A DNA stretch of 64,000 bases. It comes from Octopus sinensis. Taxonomy: Eukaryota. The stretch covers positions 20,522,001-20,586,000 of the forward strand of contig NC_043021.1 in the NCBI RefSeq assembly GCF_006345805.1. The letters run 5' to 3'. Every line of letters begins with the position of its first letter. The stretch's first letter is position 1. The translations under genes and the position numbers were made by a program. The notes under the pieces were generated by a model, which had not been told where the DNA came from, did not search any database, and worked only from the letters and a program-made list of their open reading frames with translations. Positions 60,076 through 64,000 of the stretch are shown here, in pieces.

Positions 60076-60689
60076 TTGAAATAATGCGTGATTAATTCAA
60101 ACCAATTTGAATAAATAAACGTCCTTGTCAGAATAATCTGAATGCTAAAGGGTTTAACTCTTGTTTATCAGCTAAGTATTAACTAAATCCTTTTTGTCTC
60201 TAATACATCAATGTTAATAAATAATGTTGACATCATAAGATGTGGGTTTGAGTTCCATGGCAGCTTTTGACTTTTTCTCTGCTAAAGGGTTTTTTTAATC
60301 CAATATCTACATGCTGTTGTGTGTAGCTTTATGTGTGCTTCAAGATCCACTGTTCCAAAACAGAATTATTTATTCTTCTCTCAAAGTTTATAAATTCTAA
60401 CGACATCAACAACATACAATTCTCCCTGGTAAGAATAAAGTTTCTAAAATGGATAGGGAAACTCAAAGGATTGCTTTTGTCCAATCGTAAAACACCTGTT
60501 ATGCGTACAGGAGTTGTGGGTTCAATTCCCACAGACAGACTTTGACATTTTCTATGTAATTGGTATTTATAGGCTATTATTTATAGCTTTATCTGCTTCA
60601 AGAGCCACTGTTCCAAAAGAGAAATAATATATTTTGTTGTTAAAATTATAAATCTTGAAGCCATAAATAGCACAAAGATTGCATACTCT

Positions 60690-61100
60690 TTACTCTTTTA
60701 CTTGTTTCAGTCATTTGACTGCGGCCATGCTGGAGCACCGCCTTTAATCGAGCAACTCAACCCCGGGACTTATTCTTTTGTAAGCCCAGTACTTATTCTA
60801 TCGGTCTCTTTTGCCGAACCACTAAGTAACGGGGACATAAACACACCAGCATCGGTTGTCAAGCAATGCTAGGGGGACAAACACAGACACACAAACACAT
60901 ACACACACACACATATATATATGTATACATATATACGATGGGCTTCTTTCAGTTTCCGTCTATCAAATCCACTCACAAGGCTTTGGTTGGCCCGAGGCTA
61001 TAGTAGAAGACACTTGCCCAAGATGCCACGCAGTGGGACTGGACCTGGAACCATGTGGTTGGTAAACAAGCTACTTACCACACAGCCACTCCTGCGCCTG
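60690..61100 (-). mobile_element. SINE family A
   Basis: Full-length reverse-complement match. Confidence 0.85.
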
Positions 61101-61462
61101 CATAATGGAATAATATACAAATTATTTTCTCCAGTGGGGTATTTAACTGCTATTTCATGAAATTTATTTAGTAACATTGGAGAATAATCTTTTCTACTAT
61201 AGGCACAAGGCCTGGGATTTGGTCGATTACATTGACTCCAGTGTTTCACTGGTACTTAATTTATTGACCCTGAAGGGATGAGAGGCAAAGTTGACCTCGG
61301 TGAAATTTGAACTCAGAACATAGCAATGGGCAGAATACTGCTAAGCATTTTGTCCAGCGTGCTAACGATTCTGCCAGCCCACCCACCACCTTACCATTGA
61401 AGAAGAATGATAACAGTTAACATCACTACAAAATAACCATGAAATTTAATTTCGCAGTTTTA

Positions 61463-61862
61463 GGTGCAGTGGCTGTGTGGTAAGTAGCTTGCTTACCAAC
61501 CACATGGTTCCGGGTTCAGTTCCACTGCGTGGCACGTTGGCCCAGTGTCTTCTACTATAGCCTCAGGCCGACCAAAGCCTTGTGAGTGGATTTGGCAGAC
61601 GGAAACTGAAAGAAGCCCGTCATATATATGTATATATATATATATATATATGTGCGTGTGTGTCTGTGTTTGTCCCCCTAGCATTGCTTGACAACCGATG
61701 CTGGGGCGTTTATGTCCCCTTCACTTAGTGGTTCGGCAAAAGAGACCGATAGAATAAGTACTGGGCTTACAAAGAATAAGTCTCGGGGTCGAGTTGCTCG
61801 ATTAAAGGTGGTGCTCCAGCATGGCCGCAGTCAAATGACTGAAACAAGTAAAAGAGTAAAAG
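61463..61862 (+). mobile_element. SINE family A
   Basis: Full-length match. Further copies at about 62133-62395 (+, deleted), 62530-62866 (-) and 63470-63835 (+). Confidence 0.85.
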
Positions 61863-62722
61863 AGTTAACCCTTTTGTTACCATATTTCTATTGAAATTAC
61901 ACTGCTTTTGTTTTGATCAATTCTGAAAATAATGAAGCATTTTACCAAATTAACTTTTATCATTATTAAAATTGTATTTGAAATATAAATCATGAAATTT
62001 TGCTGGATGCTTTTAATCTAAGGCATTGTAAAACGGTGTTTGTATCACAGAGTCAGGGGTGATCTCAGTTATGTTGATAACATGATGGTCAAAGCATTAA
62101 AATAATTCTGAAAAATTTGTTTGTCCGTCCATAGGCGCAGGAGTGGCTGTGTGGTAAGTAGCTTGTTTACCAACCACATGGTTCCGGGTTCAGTCCCACT
62201 GCGTGGCACATTGAGTCAGTGTCAGATGCTGGTGTGTTTATGTCCCCGTCACTTAGCGGTTCGGCAAAAGAGACCAATAGAATAAGTACTGGGCTTACAA
62301 AGAATAAGTCCAGGGGTCGAGTTGCTCGACTAAAGGCGGTGCTCCAGCATGGCCGCAGTCAAATGACTGAAACAAGTAAAAGAGAAAGAGAGAAGGTTTA
62401 TAAGTAAGATCACTGAAAAGTGGTCAGTTTGTATCATAGAACTAAGAGCAGTTTCAAGCAGGTTGGTACCAAAAGGGCTAAGCTTGGTCTTTTTTTTTTT
62501 CATGAAGTTAAATTTCATAAGGGATATTTTCTTTTACTTGTTTCAGTCATTTGACTGTGGCCATGCTGGAGCACCGCCTTTAGTCGAGCAAATTGACCCC
62601 GTGACTTATTCTTTGTAAGCCCAATACTTATTCTATCGGTCTCTTTTTGCCGAACCGCTAAGTTACGGGGACATAAACACACCAGCATCGGTTCTCAAGC
62701 AATGCTAGGGGGACAAACACAA

Positions 62723-62753
<31 letters not shown>

Positions 62754-63982
62754 CATATATACAACAGGCTTCTTTCAGTTTCCGTCTACCAAATCCACTC
62801 ACAAGGCATTGGTCGGCCCGGGGCTATAGCAGAAGACACTAGCCCAAGATGCCACGCAGTGGGATTAAGTAAATAATAAAACTATCTTTGAAAGGTTTGA
62901 CAATGGCTATTACATAATCAGATACTACAAAAGTGGTTTCATCTCAACCAAAACTTTTTTAGACCAATTCTGTACAATTCTCCTCTTCAGAAAAAGTTAT
63001 TTTCCCATCTGCTACCTACAGCTACCAGCATTTCTCTGTTCTAGGTAATATGTCATGCACATATAATTCTTTGCATGTACAAGGTGGGGAGAATGGGGTA
63101 GGGATAGGGGGATAGTCAATTACATTGACCCTTCCCCATCAGTGCTAAACTGGAACTTATTTTATTGACCCCCACCACCACTGCCACCAAAGGTTGAAAG
63201 TCAAAGTCAACCTCAGTGGTATTTGATCTCAGGAATCTAAGACCAGAAGAAATGCCGTAAGCATTTCATCCAACATTCTGATGATTCTGCCAGCTTGCCG
63301 CTTTGCCATGCATGTGTAATACAATTATGAATGAATAATAGAATTAAAGACAAAAATTACTTAACATTGCTTTTGCATACATTTAACCTTCTTTTGCCCT
63401 TTTCAAATCTAGCCAGGCTCATGGGCCCGGTTTCCCGGTTTCTGTGGCATATGTGTTCCCCCCAGCCCAGCTGACACCTTGGGCAAATGTCTTCTACTAT
63501 AGCCTCGGGCCGACCAAAGCCTTGTGAGTGGATTTGGTAGATGGAAACCGAAAGACCTGTCATATATATGTATATACATACATACATACGTACGTATGTA
63601 TGTATGTATATGTATATAGATATATATATATGTATATGTATGTGTGTGTGTGTGTATGTTTGTATGTCTGTGCTTGTCCCCCCAACATTGCTTGAGAACC
63701 AATGTCGGTATGTTTACGTCCCCGTAACTTAGCTGTTCGGCAAAAGAGACCGATAGAATAAGTACTAGGCTTCCAAAGAATAAGTCCTGGGGGGGTCGAT
63801 TTGCTCGACTAAAGGCAGTAAAAAAGTAAAAGAGTATTATTTAATTTGCATTTGGCCAGAGATGCAGAGACGAGAGTTGGAATTCTTGTTTTGGATTTAT
63901 ATTCTTTAAATCATTATAGTGATTTTTAGTTTCAATGAAAAGCAAGAAGCCAAGAAAAACAGTCCTTTATTTTTACCATAAA

Positions 63983-64000
63983 CTAGCAGTATCGCCCGGC
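63983..64000 (-). mobile_element. Helitron 3' end, cut by window edge
   Basis: CTAGCAGTATCGCCCGGC is identical to the terminus of 15400-15697. Confidence 0.6.

Overview
AT-rich, repeat-dense animal genomic DNA. The SINE, MITE and Penelope families look like those of Octopus (recognition from memory, not searched). Almost every ORF in the supplied track is a SINE or microsatellite artefact. Assembling exons by hand from splice signals and phase continuity gives three intron-containing genes and one tRNA: (1) the last five exons of a FAM194-domain (ERICH6/ERICH6B-like) gene on + (2185-11633); (2) a complete 5-exon, 246-aa Smac/DIABLO-like gene on - (36399-17879) with a mitochondrial-type presequence but no AVPI-type IAP-binding motif; (3) a complete 5-exon, 481-aa prenylcysteine oxidase gene (PCYOX1-like) on + (36729-51073), head-to-head with DIABLO across 329 bp; and (4) a tRNA-Trp(CCA) gene inside DIABLO intron 1. 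The rest is tRNA-derived SINEs, CR1 and RTE LINE fragments, mariner/Tc1/pogo/hAT/piggyBac/Mutator-or-Merlin-like elements, Helitrons, solo LTRs, Penelope-like pseudo-LTRs with hammerhead-like motifs, and minisatellites. Highlights: the IBM-less DIABLO and its divergent pairing with PCYOX1, evidence for a recent frame-preserving duplication of a FAM194 exon block, a 161-bp near-perfect palindrome in PCYOX1 intron 1, and MITEs carrying telomere-like repeats. There is no prokaryotic-type system or CRISPR array. Repeat boundaries are approximate unless a target-site duplication (TSD) is quoted.
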